Part shown: one piece after another, positions 31,437 through 43,330 of the stretch
How positions within the stretch are numbered: the stretch's first letter is position 1
How the letters are laid out: every line of letters starts with the position of its first letter
NCBI GenBank assembly: GCA_963713605.1
Contig: CAVQMO010000010.1
Span: 1,056,001 to 1,120,000, forward strand
Origin: an uncultured Nitrososphaerales archaeon
GTDB taxonomy: Archaea > Thermoproteota > Nitrososphaeria > Nitrososphaerales > Nitrososphaeraceae
Direction of reading: 5' to 3'
DNA length: 64,000 nucleotides
The notes under the pieces: model-generated
The model's database searches: none
What the model was told of the DNA's origin: nothing
Seen by the model: the letters and a program-made list of their open reading frames with translations, nothing else
Program-made: the position numbers and the translations under genes

Positions 31437-34265
31437 CTACTTTGGTTTATTAGTCATTCCAAAAGCCTCGGGTAAGTACATGTACTGTCTCTCTGCTTCG
31501 TATATACTTCTATACAATGTTGACTCATCGATGCTATTGCGAAGAACCCTAGCAGCAGTGTCTGCGCCGATACCATGTCCTGATAAAACTGTAATTGCCT
31601 TCCTCCCGAAGTTATTTATTAGAGAAGCAATTTTCCATGCTCGATCAAACCTTCGGTTGTCATCGGCTGTGATCCTGACTCCTTTAAGCTTTTTTATAAT
31701 TATACTAGGAAGTTCAAGATCCGAAACATAAGTTGCGGTAATTAGGCGGGAACTGCATTTCTTACAATGAATTTGGTCAGGTACATCCTTCGTTTCAAAT
31801 ACTCTTTCCCACTCTCCGCAACGAATACAGATTAATCGGTGTTTAGCCCTTAGGAGTCTTTCTTTAACGAGCTCAATGATCCCAGTTTCTAAACTCAGCG
31901 GTGCAGCAGAAAATCTTTGATAGCGTTCCACTGTAGGCTTGGCTAAGTCAGTAAATTCTTCAACTTCGACCCATTGAAGCCTAATCAAGTCATTTGCATA
32001 TCCTTGAAGAATCCTATTCGTAGTAAGCACATCGTATTTTTCATGGACGAGTTCTCGTATTGCTTCAGCACTAACAGGGGTCTTCATATACCTATCATAC
32101 AGCAATCTGGCTATTTTCTTGTCGTATACTGACTCTTTCGATACAATACCAAACCTCCTCCCTACTGTCCATACCTTCCAATTCATAACATAGGTACCAG
32201 AGAATGAAGCAATCAGTATAGGTTCGCAGTCGACTAATTCATTGAATATCCGTTCAATGTGAGCTTTTCCTATTTTTGCAGCAGCCGATGTAAGCAAAAT
32301 CCTGTAAGCGTCAGATCTGCTTTCGATTATATATCCCAGTTGAGAAGAAAGGAGCGTAGAGAGAACCGATGCAAAGGTGTTGTTCACTTTTGTTCCAAAC
32401 GGCATATGCAAAATCAATGCATTATTCTTTCGGCTACTTTCAATCAAAATCAGCTTCGAACCAGGTAGCTCCTTCAAGAAGACCAAACTGTTTTTGACAG
32501 TTTCTCCACTGAAGAATTCATCAGAATTAGCACTGCGTCGTCGGCTTTCGGCTACCCTGACAGCTGTTAAATAATCTACTGGGATCGTTTCTCCTGCCCA
32601 ATATGGCACATTCATAGTGACCCCCCGCAGAGGCTCAACATTAACTACTAATCGTTTTTCATCAATTGAGACAATTTTCCATTGCAAACCCTTTAAAACA
32701 AAAACGTTTCCCCTTTCTCCATAATCTCCAACAAATTGTTGGTCCAACATCCCTATTTTTCTTTTAGCGACAATATCTATGACCTCGAATTTCTGAACAA
32801 AAGGTATCATTGAAAGATTATTGAAATAATACTTGTAGGATCTGAGCGTATATCTATATGAGTTTTCTGCGATGTCTATTCTTATTAATCCAACATCAGC
32901 AAGGATCTTGAGCGACATCATCAAATCCGATATCTGAAGGTTTCGAAAAGGATACGACTTTCTGATGAGTTGAAATGCCTCACTCATAGGGATAGATCTC
33001 CTTGCTTGCAAAGAGATACCTACCAAATGGTGAGCCATTACATCAAATGGCAACTGATGTATTACTTGCTCCTCCATTTCCCCCTTCCTCGTTCGATATA
33101 ATATGGCATGGGCTTCAAGTTCATCATCATGGGAACTGGTAATAATTAGTCCCTTTGCGGACCTTCGATTATTATGTCTACTTCGACCAATCCTTTGAAC
33201 AAGTTTTGATATCTGTCTTGGGGATCCATAATGGATGACCAGATCAACTGAACCAATATCCAATCCCAATTCCAGAGATGATGTGCAAACGACTAGTCCA
33301 GCAGAACCTTCACGCAATTTCTTCTCTGTTTCCTCCCGACTGGTCTTCGAAAGGGAACCGTGGTGAACATCGACCCCGAACCTGGCACGCGATTTTAGGA
33401 TTGTTCCTATATATTCTGCTTCATCTCTAGTGTTAGTAAAGACCAAGATCGATTTTCCTTCGTGTATCATGGGATCAACATATGTAAGAATCAGCTGACA
33501 CACGTCGTTTATAGATCCGTTAATGTATTTGATGTCTATATCATATTCTCTCAATGACTTATCCATCAATACTGCGATGTCCCTACCAGAGCCAGCCACG
33601 AACTTCCCCGCTTCACGCGGATCTGCCACGCTTGCAGAAAGGCCTATTCTGGATGGTCTATTCCTGGCAACCTTTTCCAATCGTTCTAGACTCACCGATA
33701 GATGAGATCCCCTTTCGTTAGGAAGTAGCTCATGGACTTCATCAACAATGACCCACTCTACCGATGCTAAATGTCCAATGAGTATGCTATTTGTTAGAAT
33801 GTTCCCGAGAGTCTCAGGAGTAGTTATCAATACATCAGGAGGATCGTTGGACATCTTTTTCTTTTTAATTGCACTTGTATCTCCGTGTCTTATCTCTAAG
33901 CGCAAGCCCAGGTGGTTCGCGTATTTCTCAATTCTTCTAAAGACGTCATTGTTTAACGACCGGAGTGGAGTAATATACAAAGCCCTAATCCCTTTAGACT
34001 TTTCAACATTCGAATCCCTGATCATAGTTAACACCGGCAGGATCGCTGCTTCAGTTTTACCCGAACCAGTTGGTGCAATAAGTATCGAATCTATTTTTCT
34101 ACAAATTACTGGTAGAGATCTGGCTTGAATATTTGTAAGATTTGTGAAGCCCTGGTTCAGAAAAAATTCTCTTGTGTTAGCCTCAATTCCCAAGCATCTA
34201 CGACCCGATGTCGGAACTCTTCCTTGAGTTTCTTGTTGAATGCTGTCGTGCGTCAGACTTTTCAT
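31437..34265 (-). CDS. lhr: Lhr-like SF2 DEAD/DEAH helicase with C-terminal Zn finger
   Basis: APTGSGKT, TTPE, DEVH, HHGSLS, TSSLELGLDIG, QRIGRS, CIRC...CKKC. Confidence 0.92.
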   Translation of the reverse strand: MKSLTHDSIQQETQGRVPTSGRRCLGIEANTREFFLNQGFTNLTNIQARSLPVICRKIDSILIAPTGSGKTEAAILPVLTMIRDSNVEKSKGIRALYITPLRSLNNDVFRRIEKYANHLGLRLEIRHGDTSAIKKKKMSNDPPDVLITTPETLGNILTNSILIGHLASVEWVIVDEVHELLPNERGSHLSVSLERLEKVARNRPSRIGLSASVADPREAGKFVAGSGRDIAVLMDKSLREYDIDIKYINGSINDVCQLILTYVDPMIHEGKSILVFTNTRDEAEYIGTILKSRARFGVDVHHGSLSKTSREETEKKLREGSAGLVVCTSSLELGLDIGSVDLVIHYGSPRQISKLVQRIGRSRHNNRRSAKGLIITSSHDDELEAHAILYRTRKGEMEEQVIHQLPFDVMAHHLVGISLQARRSIPMSEAFQLIRKSYPFRNLQISDLMMSLKILADVGLIRIDIAENSYRYTLRSYKYYFNNLSMIPFVQKFEVIDIVAKRKIGMLDQQFVGDYGERGNVFVLKGLQWKIVSIDEKRLVVNVEPLRGVTMNVPYWAGETIPVDYLTAVRVAESRRRSANSDEFFSGETVKNSLVFLKELPGSKLILIESSRKNNALILHMPFGTKVNNTFASVLSTLLSSQLGYIIESRSDAYRILLTSAAAKIGKAHIERIFNELVDCEPILIASFSGTYVMNWKVWTVGRRFGIVSKESVYDKKIARLLYDRYMKTPVSAEAIRELVHEKYDVLTTNRILQGYANDLIRLQWVEVEEFTDLAKPTVERYQRFSAAPLSLETGIIELVKERLLRAKHRLICIRCGEWERVFETKDVPDQIHCKKCSSRLITATYVSDLELPSIIIKKLKGVRITADDNRRFDRAWKIASLINNFGRKAITVLSGHGIGADTAARVLRNSIDESTLYRSIYEAERQYMYLPEAFGMTNKPK

Positions 34266-34411
34266 AGACTAGTATCCCAATTATGCCTAGCACGAATAAC
34301 GAAACTGCTATCCAGGCATACGAGTCGAAATTTGATATTGCTTCTACAGTCATTCAATATCGAGATTCCGATCCTCCAATATAATCGTTGGTCACGCACA
34401 TGCAGAATGAG

Positions 34412-34818
34412 TTATTTTTCTTCGATTTCATTTTCTATGTACAATGCAAAATCACGAGAGCTCAAGATTCCGAGAGGCTTATTTGGTTCATCAGTATTCA
34501 CGACCAAAAGATGTCTAACATTATTCTGTTTCATCACATCTGCTCGCAGCTTCAACTGGAGAATATGGATCAATTGTAACGATAGGAGTAGACATTAGGT
34601 CTTGGACAAGGATACTATTGCAAGGAACATCTTCAATACATGAACTCCTTACCAGGTCTCTATGCGTAACAATTCCTACTGGAGTCTCATTCGAATCCAA
34701 AACAACTAATGCAGAGGCACTGTCCTGGTCCATTTTCAGGGCCGCCTCCTGTGCTGTACTGGTTTGAAGTATATACGACAATTTCAGCTGTCATAAATTT
34801 TCCTATAGAATTTTTCAT
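34412..34818 (-). CDS. CBS-domain protein, frameshifted
   Basis: MKNSIGKFMT...PVGIVTHRDLV...DLMSTPIVTID...VRHLLVVN. Confidence 0.75.
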
Positions 34819-34949
34819 GTCCTATATTCTGGTTTCCATCCTATAAACGATATACCTAGTTTACACAGTACACGTCAATAGAGCCATCCCTGTTCAAATC
34901 CAGTTGGGGCAAACGATATAATACCTAGACCTAAGATTCATCATTATCA

Positions 34950-35999
34950 ATGTCATCTTCATCTGAAACAAAACCCTCTAACTTAAAGAAACGAAAGGCA
35001 GTTGTGCTACTGTCAGGGGGGCTAGATAGTAATCTCTCCACAAGACTGGTACTGGATCAGGAAATTGAAGTGGAGGCTGTTGCAGTAAAAACTCCATTCT
35101 GTGATTTTGATTGTGGAAAGGGATGCGGCCACAGAGTAAAGGAGGTTGCAGACTCATTGGGGATTAGATTAAAAACGGTTTATTTTGGAGATGAATATCT
35201 TGCAATGCTCAAGAATCCGAAACATGGTTTTGGATCGGGTATGAATCCATGCATCGACTGTAGGGCGATGATGTACAAGGCTGCGAAAGAGCATATGGAG
35301 GACATCGGAGCTTCGGTACTTGGTGACAGGAGAAGTATTGTCCCAGAGACCTATGAGCCAACACCATCACGCTCTCAGAACAATTGAGGAAGAATCCAAC
35401 TTGGTCGGCAAAGTAATTAGGCCTCTTTCAGCAGGAAAGCTCCTCCTTCCAATGCAGAAGAATTAGGTTTTATTGATAGAAGCAAGCTGCGTTCTATCTC
35501 AGGCAGATCTCGAAAAGAACAATTGGCATTGGCTAAGGAGTTTGGAATTCAAGACCCTCCAAATTCTGCAGGTGGGTGTCTTCTTACCGATCCCTGCTTC
35601 TCAAAGCGGGTTTATGATCTTTTTGACCATACTGATGGAATTCCGACCCTTAACGACGTCGAACTTCTCAAAGTGGGAAGGCATTTCAGATTATCGACTG
35701 ATGCCAAGCTTATAGTTGGTAGAAACCAGAGGGAAAATGAAATCATGAAATTTCTCTGTCTCGACGACGACTACTCTCTTGAGGCTATTGAGTTTACTGG
35801 GCCATTAGGGATATTAAGAATTAAAAAAGATTCTGATGTTAGGAACGATCTAATGCCAATTGCGGGAGGAATTGTGGGACGGTACAGCGATGCCCCAAGA
35901 GGTCATATCGTGAAGTTGACCCTTATCAATCAGCAAAAAGAGTCAAGGATAGATTGTCAAATGTTGGATAATTCTGTAGTAAGAAAATTAAGTATATGA
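34950..35999 (+). CDS. PP-loop tRNA thiolation-type enzyme (ThiI/MnmA-like) with DUF814-like C-terminus, frameshifted
   Basis: LLSGGLDS, MNPCIDC, AGGCLLTDP, LKVGRHFRL, IVGRN. Confidence 0.85.
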
Positions 36000-36083
36000 T
36001 CTAACCTTACGGGTCAATATCTTTTGACCAGAATGACTATTTGATTATTTCTGAAATTCATTCAATGGATAAGAGATAATTTA

Positions 36084-36362
36084 ATGCTAGCGCATGAGCC
36101 ACAGGTTTATTTGAAAGCGATAACTCTTCGCGATCCTACTGAAGTTCAGTTGATTAAAGAAGACTTGGAGAAACAGATGATCGTGATCATTAGGGTCACA
36201 CCACTCACTCAAAAGAGCGTCGACGAGTTACGAAGGGTCATCGACGATCTATACAAATTTGTTCAATCCGCAGGCGGAGATATAGCAAGATTGGGTGAAG
36301 AACGGGTCGTAATTACTCCGTCAAAAGTAAAAATTTGGAGGGGTTCTTCCGGACTTACCTAG
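36084..36362 (+). CDS. sepF: SepF family cell-division protein
   Basis: GGDIARLGEERVVITP. Confidence 0.85.
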   Translation: MLAHEPQVYLKAITLRDPTEVQLIKEDLEKQMIVIIRVTPLTQKSVDELRRVIDDLYKFVQSAGGDIARLGEERVVITPSKVKIWRGSSGLT

Positions 36363-36455
36363 TAATTTAGAATCGAGAACAACAATTAATTCACTTTGGA
36401 GTTAAAATAGTATTTTAATATAAAGCGATGCGAAAAGCATTTGCAATTGAAGCTT

Positions 36456-38331
36456 TCATATTAGTTTCACTGCCTCTTCTACTAGAGGATGCTGTGTGTG
36501 AATCCTGAGAATCCGATTAATCGATCCAGCCAGGTTCTGAGCTTTATTCTTATCTCCGTGGTTTACAATAACCTTCCTTAGCTTTTGCTTCATTCTTTTT
36601 ACATATGCCAGGATCTGCCCATAATCTGAGTGATTTGTAAAATCTGTAAAGCTCTCTACTCTACATTCAATACTAAACCTCTTTCCTTCGATCATTAAAT
36701 CCTTTTTACCTTCTATTAAATTACGGGCTGGAGTGTTTAAAAAGGGCTGGGACGTTAAGATAACGGCGCTCAGAGGATCATCGCACATCTGCTGGAGATA
36801 ATCGACAGACGGGCCATGAGTTAGCATTGACGAAGGTGAGATTATCAGATGTGAGCCTTTCCTAAGTTTCTTAGATTCAATAATCTGAGAATTTGGTGGC
36901 CAGAACATGTTTACAGAATAACCATCAATTTCCTGCTTGATTTCCTTTGAAAGATATTCCATATAGGTCTCGTAAATCGAACTTGCCTCACCTATCGTTT
37001 TCTCAATGCAAATTCTTGCAGAAAGCGAACCCGCCTTAACAAAATTGCTCAAAGTCAAAATCAGTTCTTGAGATTGTCCTAAAATAGGAACGGGAAAAAG
37101 CAGATTCCCACCTCGGGATAAGCGAGCTGTTGATCAGTTCGAGTAGTTTTTGATTCATTTCTTCACTTGATTGAAGGATGTCTTCTTTACCTCCCAAAGT
37201 AGATTCGACTATGAGTGTCTCTACACGTTGGAAATTCCAATAGGCGTTTTCAAGCGCCAATGATCTACCAAATTTAAAATCTCCTGTATATAGTAGGTTA
37301 TGGTCACCATTTCCAAAATGCAGATGAGTGACCGATGATCCCAAAATATGACCTGCGTTCGCAAGGGTTAGCCTAACATCAGGAGTAATATCTGTGACCA
37401 CCGCATAAGGTAATGGTATCATATGACTAATGACGTCCTCGATCTCACTTGAAATGGAATTCATAAAGCCCAGCTCTTTCATTGATTGCAGGCTACCTTT
37501 AAGTAGCAAATACGTCAAAGGAATGGTAGGTTCAGAGCAGTAAATTGGGCCCTTGTAACCATGCTTGAGCAGCATTGGCAGGAAACCTGAGTGATCTAAA
37601 TGGGCGTGACTCAATAGCACACAATCAATATCGTCTATACTAAGGCCAGTAATGTCAAACCTGGGTGCGAAAGTCGCAATGCCATTGGCAAATGAATTGA
37701 AACCACAATCAAGAAGGACGTTACTCTCATTGGTGGTCACTAAAATGCAAGATCTACCTATCTCATTAAATCCACCCAACAAAACTAGGCTAACTTCAGT
37801 TCTTTCATTTAGTCTTGGACGAAAGATCTTTTCACCTACTTCTTTATAGAATCGAATTCGGTCATTGGCCCTTCGAACCATAATAGCGTTAACCTGTTCC
37901 AACAATTCAGTATCCTTTGGTGAACGTCTGATGATGAACTTCCATCCAGTTTTTTCAGCTAATATTGCGTTGTCTTGATCGTTTATCAAATATTCTCTTG
38001 TTAAATCTTCGACCAAAGCTGTGACTTCTCCAACTGCAGGATCAAATAGTAATTTTGAAACCTTATAACCACTAGGAAGTGTCGTTCGTAACACGTCAGC
38101 GCATTCTGCCTCTGATCTCCTGATGGACTCATCAGTTCGAACGACAATCCTTTTTTTTACCGTATTAACCATATTTGAAACGATGTTACTGTTTAGGATA
38201 AAATATGCAGGATTAGTAGAGAACAAAGCGATTCTTGGTCCCTCGTATTCTATTCGCGTGAGCCCAGATTCTGAAGGTAATGTATTCAATATTTTCACCA
38301 TTAAATTCTGTCCGGTCTGTTCGCGAATCAT
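36456..38331 (-). CDS. KH + metallo-beta-lactamase/beta-CASP ribonuclease (aCPSF1-like), frameshifted ~37100
   Basis: IEYEGP, EIGRSC, LLDCG, SHAHLDH, NAGHILGS, YTGDFK, HSD, NHG. Confidence 0.88.
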
Positions 38332-39040
38332 AGGCTAAGATCGTTCTCAACCTATGCATATATATATGCTTGACGTTAAACGCTTCGGAACAATACAATA
38401 ACAGCCATTAACAAGCAGAAGTATGTCCGATTATGGACAGACTTGCATTTGCATCGGGATTAATTTTATTTCCCTTCGACCAATGTAGATAAGTATAGAT
38501 ACTTATCAAAGTCACTGCATAAATGTAGACGTTACAAATAGTAGAAAATATCCACTAAAGGAATCAAGCTTCTGGGGATAGTTGCTAACATTACATTGGA
38601 TTCTTCAAAGCCAATGGATATGAAGACATGTCACCAGGATCTACTTTACATACAAACATTACAAGTTCAGATTCATAATCTGAAGATTTTGTGAAATAAT
38701 TATTCAATAGTAATGGCAAAGTTGAATTCAGCAAATTCAGAGGTTAGTTCAAATTACGTTTTGAATAATCTACAGATGGATCTGATCCTTTAATACAATA
38801 ACAATCTTCGACTGGGGAACATAATTCTTAGAAATCAATTAGGATCTAATCGATTTGTCAGGCAGCGATATTTGGAGGTTGAATTCCAAATCATTTTCCC
38901 TGCCATAAAACTACTCCGGCTCAAAATTATTAAACGGAGGAAATTTCAGAGCCTAATGATAATTCGACACATCCAAATTGTCCAGATACGGTTATAGATA
39001 GGATCAACTGATGGTAAGGTAGCTTTGTGGTAGCTTACCT

Positions 39041-40105
39041 TTGACCCAGGAATCGCATTTGATGGAGTTGCCGAGAAAGATATTGATAGGATCAACTGTT
39101 ATTGTGGGATTGGGTAATTTCATTCAGCAGCTTGACCACTCTTTTTCAAGAGTAGCATTTATCAGCGGTGAGACTGTGAAAGAGAGGACCCAAATAAGTT
39201 CCCAAAAATCCATGAGAGATGCAGGGTTAAACGAATACAAATGGTTTGTAGCCGCTGACGCTAATGTTAATGAAGCAGGAAAATTGGCTAGAGCACTTAA
39301 AGGGTACGACCCTGACGTAATAATTGGACAAGGAGGAGGGCGTTCCGTCGACCTCGCCAAGATGACAGCATATAGTTTGGGTAAGTCTTTCATAAGCGTC
39401 CCTACTTCTGCTTCGCATGATGGGATATCAAGTCCTTTTGTTTCAATGAGGGGATCAGACAAGCCATATTCGATAAAGGCAAAAACTCCTATTGGCGTAT
39501 TGGCAGATGTGGAACTGATGTCAAAAGCTCCACCTCGCTTGATGATAAGCGGATGTGGAGACCTCGTTGGTAAGATAACAGCTGTCAAAGATTGGGAACT
39601 TGCTAGAGACGAAGTAAATGAATACTATGGAACATATGCTGCGAATCTTGCATACTTAAGTGCAAAAATAATTCTCGACGAGGGTTACAATCTTGTGAAA
39701 GATAATTTGTATGGATTAAGAACAGTGGTAGAGGCGCTAATAAGCGCAGGGGTAGCGTCCTGCATTGCAGGGAGCAGCAGACCCTGCTCTGGCTCGGAAC
39801 ATCTTTTTAGTCACGCAGTCGAATATGTGGCAGGTAAGAATTCTGGACTTCACGGAGAACGAGTCGGCATTGGAACAATCATGATGGCCAAGTTACATGG
39901 GTTAGATTGGGAAAAGATAGTCGAGACTTTAGCTTTATTTGGTGCCCCAACAAGAGGAAAGCAGATCAATTTGACTGAAGATGAAGTGGTGCAATCGCTG
40001 GTTTTAGCAAGTTCTTTACGACCTGAAAGATACACGATTCTCAATAGAGAAAAATTAGACAAAGGTAAGGCAGCTAGTCTTGCAAAAGCGGTAAAAGTGG
40101 TCTGA
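39041..40105 (+). CDS. egsA: sn-glycerol-1-phosphate dehydrogenase
   Basis: GGGRSVDLAK, PTSASHDG, SRPCSGSEHLFSHA, LHGERVG, RPERYTIL. Confidence 0.96.
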   Translation: MTQESHLMELPRKILIGSTVIVGLGNFIQQLDHSFSRVAFISGETVKERTQISSQKSMRDAGLNEYKWFVAADANVNEAGKLARALKGYDPDVIIGQGGGRSVDLAKMTAYSLGKSFISVPTSASHDGISSPFVSMRGSDKPYSIKAKTPIGVLADVELMSKAPPRLMISGCGDLVGKITAVKDWELARDEVNEYYGTYAANLAYLSAKIILDEGYNLVKDNLYGLRTVVEALISAGVASCIAGSSRPCSGSEHLFSHAVEYVAGKNSGLHGERVGIGTIMMAKLHGLDWEKIVETLALFGAPTRGKQINLTEDEVVQSLVLASSLRPERYTILNREKLDKGKAASLAKAVKVV

Positions 40106-40147
40106 GCCGTTGAAGACAAGTAGCTTATACTAAAGGTAGGTAATCTT

Positions 40148-40949
40148 TTAATTGCTTCCTTGCTCTTCTACTTTCTTGCTTCCTTGCTCTTCTACTTTCT
40201 TGCTTCCTTGCTCTTCTACTTTCTTGCTTCCTTGCTCTTCAATATTGTTGTCCTTTTGAGCATTCTCTCTACTGACATATTCTTCAATGAATCTGACTGA
40301 TGTTATTGAAGGTAACGTACTTAAAAATTTCATTTGAAACCGCTCCTTTTATGATTTGTATTCCGTCCAATAGAAAAGTTTCCTCTGGTAGGATCAGTTC
40401 AAGAATCGGATCTTTCATTTCGAATTTGATCTTATCTTCTTTTAGCGGTATCCACCTTCTAGTCAATGACTTTACTTTATCTTCGTCCGTTTGAATTTTC
40501 TTTACCACATTGACACTGTAGAGTATAACTCTACCGGCATACCTATGATTGAAATCTAGTTGAACTCTGCCTGAACCTACATACCTGACTATGCCCTTTC
40601 GTTTTTCTATTTCGATTTCGTCACCAATAGAGACCTCATCTGCCTTGTCACCAAGCTTCCTTTGAGGAATCATTCGGATTTTACTAGGATCTCTTTCGCC
40701 AAAGCCCTTATCTGGCGAAATTTCCACATCCATCTTATCACCTTCGTTTGCTGTGGATAGAGCTTCGTCCAGTCCCTTCAAGACCCAACCCTCCCCCACC
40801 GAGATTAATTTCGGTTCATATTTGTGGGAAGGATCGTGTGTGCCCGATTTTTTGGCATCTTCTTCAATGGTGGTTTCTATTATATTATCAGTATCCTTAA
40901 TCTTGGCTGTGTAATCTAAGAGTATGAGCGAACCTTTCTCTAAGGGCAT
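40148..40949 (-). CDS. Long-type FKBP peptidyl-prolyl isomerase, frameshift ~40330, repeat-containing tail
   Basis: DYTAK, GLDEAL, GFGERD, DFNHRYAG; tail VRFIEEY...(EEQGSKKV)n. Confidence 0.88.
40152..40240 (-). repeat. 24-bp tandem repeat (~3.7 copies) encoding EEQGSKKV
   Basis: ttgcttccttgctcttctactttc repeated. Confidence 0.92.
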
Positions 40950-41008
40950 ACATGTCGCTATCGAAGTACCATATATTAAGTTTGAGTGTTCCTTACAAGA
41001 GATTGCCT

Positions 41009-42148
41009 TCAAACATTCAAGGCTTTCATCGCGACAGGTATGGCTTCAGATTTCGTTTGAATACCCATCATTTTCAAAGCTGACACGATAGCCGACAAAG
41101 TTCTAATTACATGATAGCGATCTACCTCACCCATTGAGCCTATCCTAAAAACCTTTCCTTTCAACTCGCCGAAACCGCCTGCAATCAGAACTCGGAAATG
41201 TTCGCCAAGGATTTTTCTGAAAGTCTTGTCTTCGATGCCAGGTATGTAATTAAAGGCTATCACTACGTTACTCCTTGCTTCTGGATGGGCGAAAGGAGTG
41301 AACCCTATCTCACTCAGACCGGTGTAGAATGCATTGGCACATTTCCTATGGCGCTCAACTCTCTTTTCTAGTCCCTCTTCCAATACCATCTCCAAAGCTT
41401 CTCTGTATGCGAACAATAGCGGTAACGCAGGAGTGAAGGGAGTTTCACCATTGTCTCCGAAATATTTGAAATATCTTTTTAAGTTAAAGTATTGGGTTGG
41501 AGGCGGGCTTTCGATCATCTGTTTCTTTGCCCTGGCGCTAATGGATATAGGGGCAACACCTGGTGGTGCGGCGAGTGCCTTCTGGGAGGCGGTCATACAC
41601 ACATCTATTCCCCATTTGTCAACCGGAAGTTCGTCTCCTCCTAAAATAGACACCGCGTCTACAATGAAAAGGGACCCATACTTCGAACAAAGTTCTCCAA
41701 GCTTTTCTAGATATCTTAAGGTTGTTCCAGTTGAAGTCTCATTATAAACCGCATAGAGTGCTTTTATGTCCTTATTTGCTTCAAATGCACCCTCTAATTG
41801 TTCAAGAGGCGGATTCTCTCCAAATTTCGAATTTATCCGAATGGGATTGCCGCCCCAACTTTCAATGAGATCAGCCAATCTACCTCCAAATTCCCCATTG
41901 ACAGGAATCACGATATTATCACCCTTCTTAACTAGATTGACAACTGATGCTTCTACTGCGCCTGTGCCTGAAGCAGTTAAGACGACTACATCATTAGAGG
42001 TCTGAAAAACGCGCTGGGTTTTATCTACTACGTCTCGGTAGAGGCTTCGAAAGTCGTCGCTTCTATGATTAATTATTGGGGAAAGCATAGCGTTCATCAC
42101 TCTGCCTGGCACATTTGTGGGCCCAGGAAGCATTACCAGATATTCCAT
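41009..42148 (-). CDS. Class V PLP aminotransferase (serine/alanine-glyoxylate type)
   Basis: MLPGPT, NETSTG, VDAVS, ASQKAL, FRIGSMG. Confidence 0.93.
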   Translation of the reverse strand: MEYLVMLPGPTNVPGRVMNAMLSPIINHRSDDFRSLYRDVVDKTQRVFQTSNDVVVLTASGTGAVEASVVNLVKKGDNIVIPVNGEFGGRLADLIESWGGNPIRINSKFGENPPLEQLEGAFEANKDIKALYAVYNETSTGTTLRYLEKLGELCSKYGSLFIVDAVSILGGDELPVDKWGIDVCMTASQKALAAPPGVAPISISARAKKQMIESPPPTQYFNLKRYFKYFGDNGETPFTPALPLLFAYREALEMVLEEGLEKRVERHRKCANAFYTGLSEIGFTPFAHPEARSNVVIAFNYIPGIEDKTFRKILGEHFRVLIAGGFGELKGKVFRIGSMGEVDRYHVIRTLSAIVSALKMMGIQTKSEAIPVAMKALNV

Positions 42149-42237
42149 TTAGGTCTCAATACCGTGGAACATCATCCGTTATTTATACAATTACGTTTAT
42201 TACCTAATTGCCTATTGAGGTATGTAACAATATAACC

Positions 42238-43330
42238 ATGCATATCAAGGAACATAGGAAGCGAGTATTGGATTACGCGGAGAAGATTAATTGTAGTACA
42301 GTGGTATCATTTAATCCAGAAGACACATACTATCTAACAGGTTTTTGGGGAGAGTCAGTAAGCATTTGTACTGATGAAAGCACCAAGATTATTACTCCTG
42401 CTCTTGAGACGGATAGAGCCCAAGAAGCCGCTCTTTCATGTGAGGTAATATCTGCAGAAAGAGGAAAAGACATGCTTTTACGCGTAATAGACGAATTAGC
42501 AGGGAAATCCGTGTGTACAGATACGTACCAATTTTCATACTATTAAGATGATGGCTGAAAAACTTGGTGAAAGAAATGTAAAAGTGAATAACAAACCCTT
42601 TACCATGAGTCGAATCATAAAGGATCTTGATGAACAGGAATATATCACTAAGGCTGCAAAAATTGTTGACCGCTTGTTCGATTTAAGCGCTGAACAAATT
42701 AGAGTGAATAGAACAGAAATTGAATTAATGGCATTGCTTGTTTCTGAAACTTATCTTCTTGGAGGAACAATAGTCTCATATAAGAGTACTCGATATCCGT
42801 TTATTATCGCTGGTGGCCCTAACGCAGCCTTTCCTCATTCTGAGATCACCACACGACCATTTTCAATGGGGGATACGGTAATTGTTGATTTGGTAGTTCA
42901 ATATAGGGGGTACGTGGCAGACGCTACACGGACATTTGTTATTGGTCGTGTGACTGACGAAATAAAACAAATCTATGAATGTGTAAAGGATGCACAACAA
43001 GTCGGTTTGGACTCGCTGCGCTCAGCCGTAGATTTCGGGCATGTCGATCTGGCCTGCAGAAATCTAATTATTGATAGAGGATATGGAAGTAAATTCGTAC
43101 ACTCCACAGGCCACGGAATAGGATTGGAAGTGCATGAATCGCCCTGGATCAGCAAAACTGGAAAAGAGAAGGTAAGGCCAGGGATGTGTGTCACGATTGA
43201 ACCAGGTGTATATATAAATGGAAGGTTTGGCGTGCGAATTGAGGACAGCGTCATAATCAAAACTGCGAACGGCAAAGATAACAGTCCCAAAATCAGAAAC
43301 ACGATCTCTAATCTAAATCAGCTTTCCTAA
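42238..43330 (+). CDS. Xaa-Pro aminopeptidase (M24), frameshift ~42535
   Basis: YLTGFWG, FPH, ADATRT, HSTGHGIGLEVHE, TIEPGVY, GVRIED. Confidence 0.9.

Noticed and set aside
38400..39000. AT-rich gap, possible replication origin or degraded gene
   Set aside because: No ORB-like repeats or adjacent cdc6/orc1, and no recognisable reading frame.
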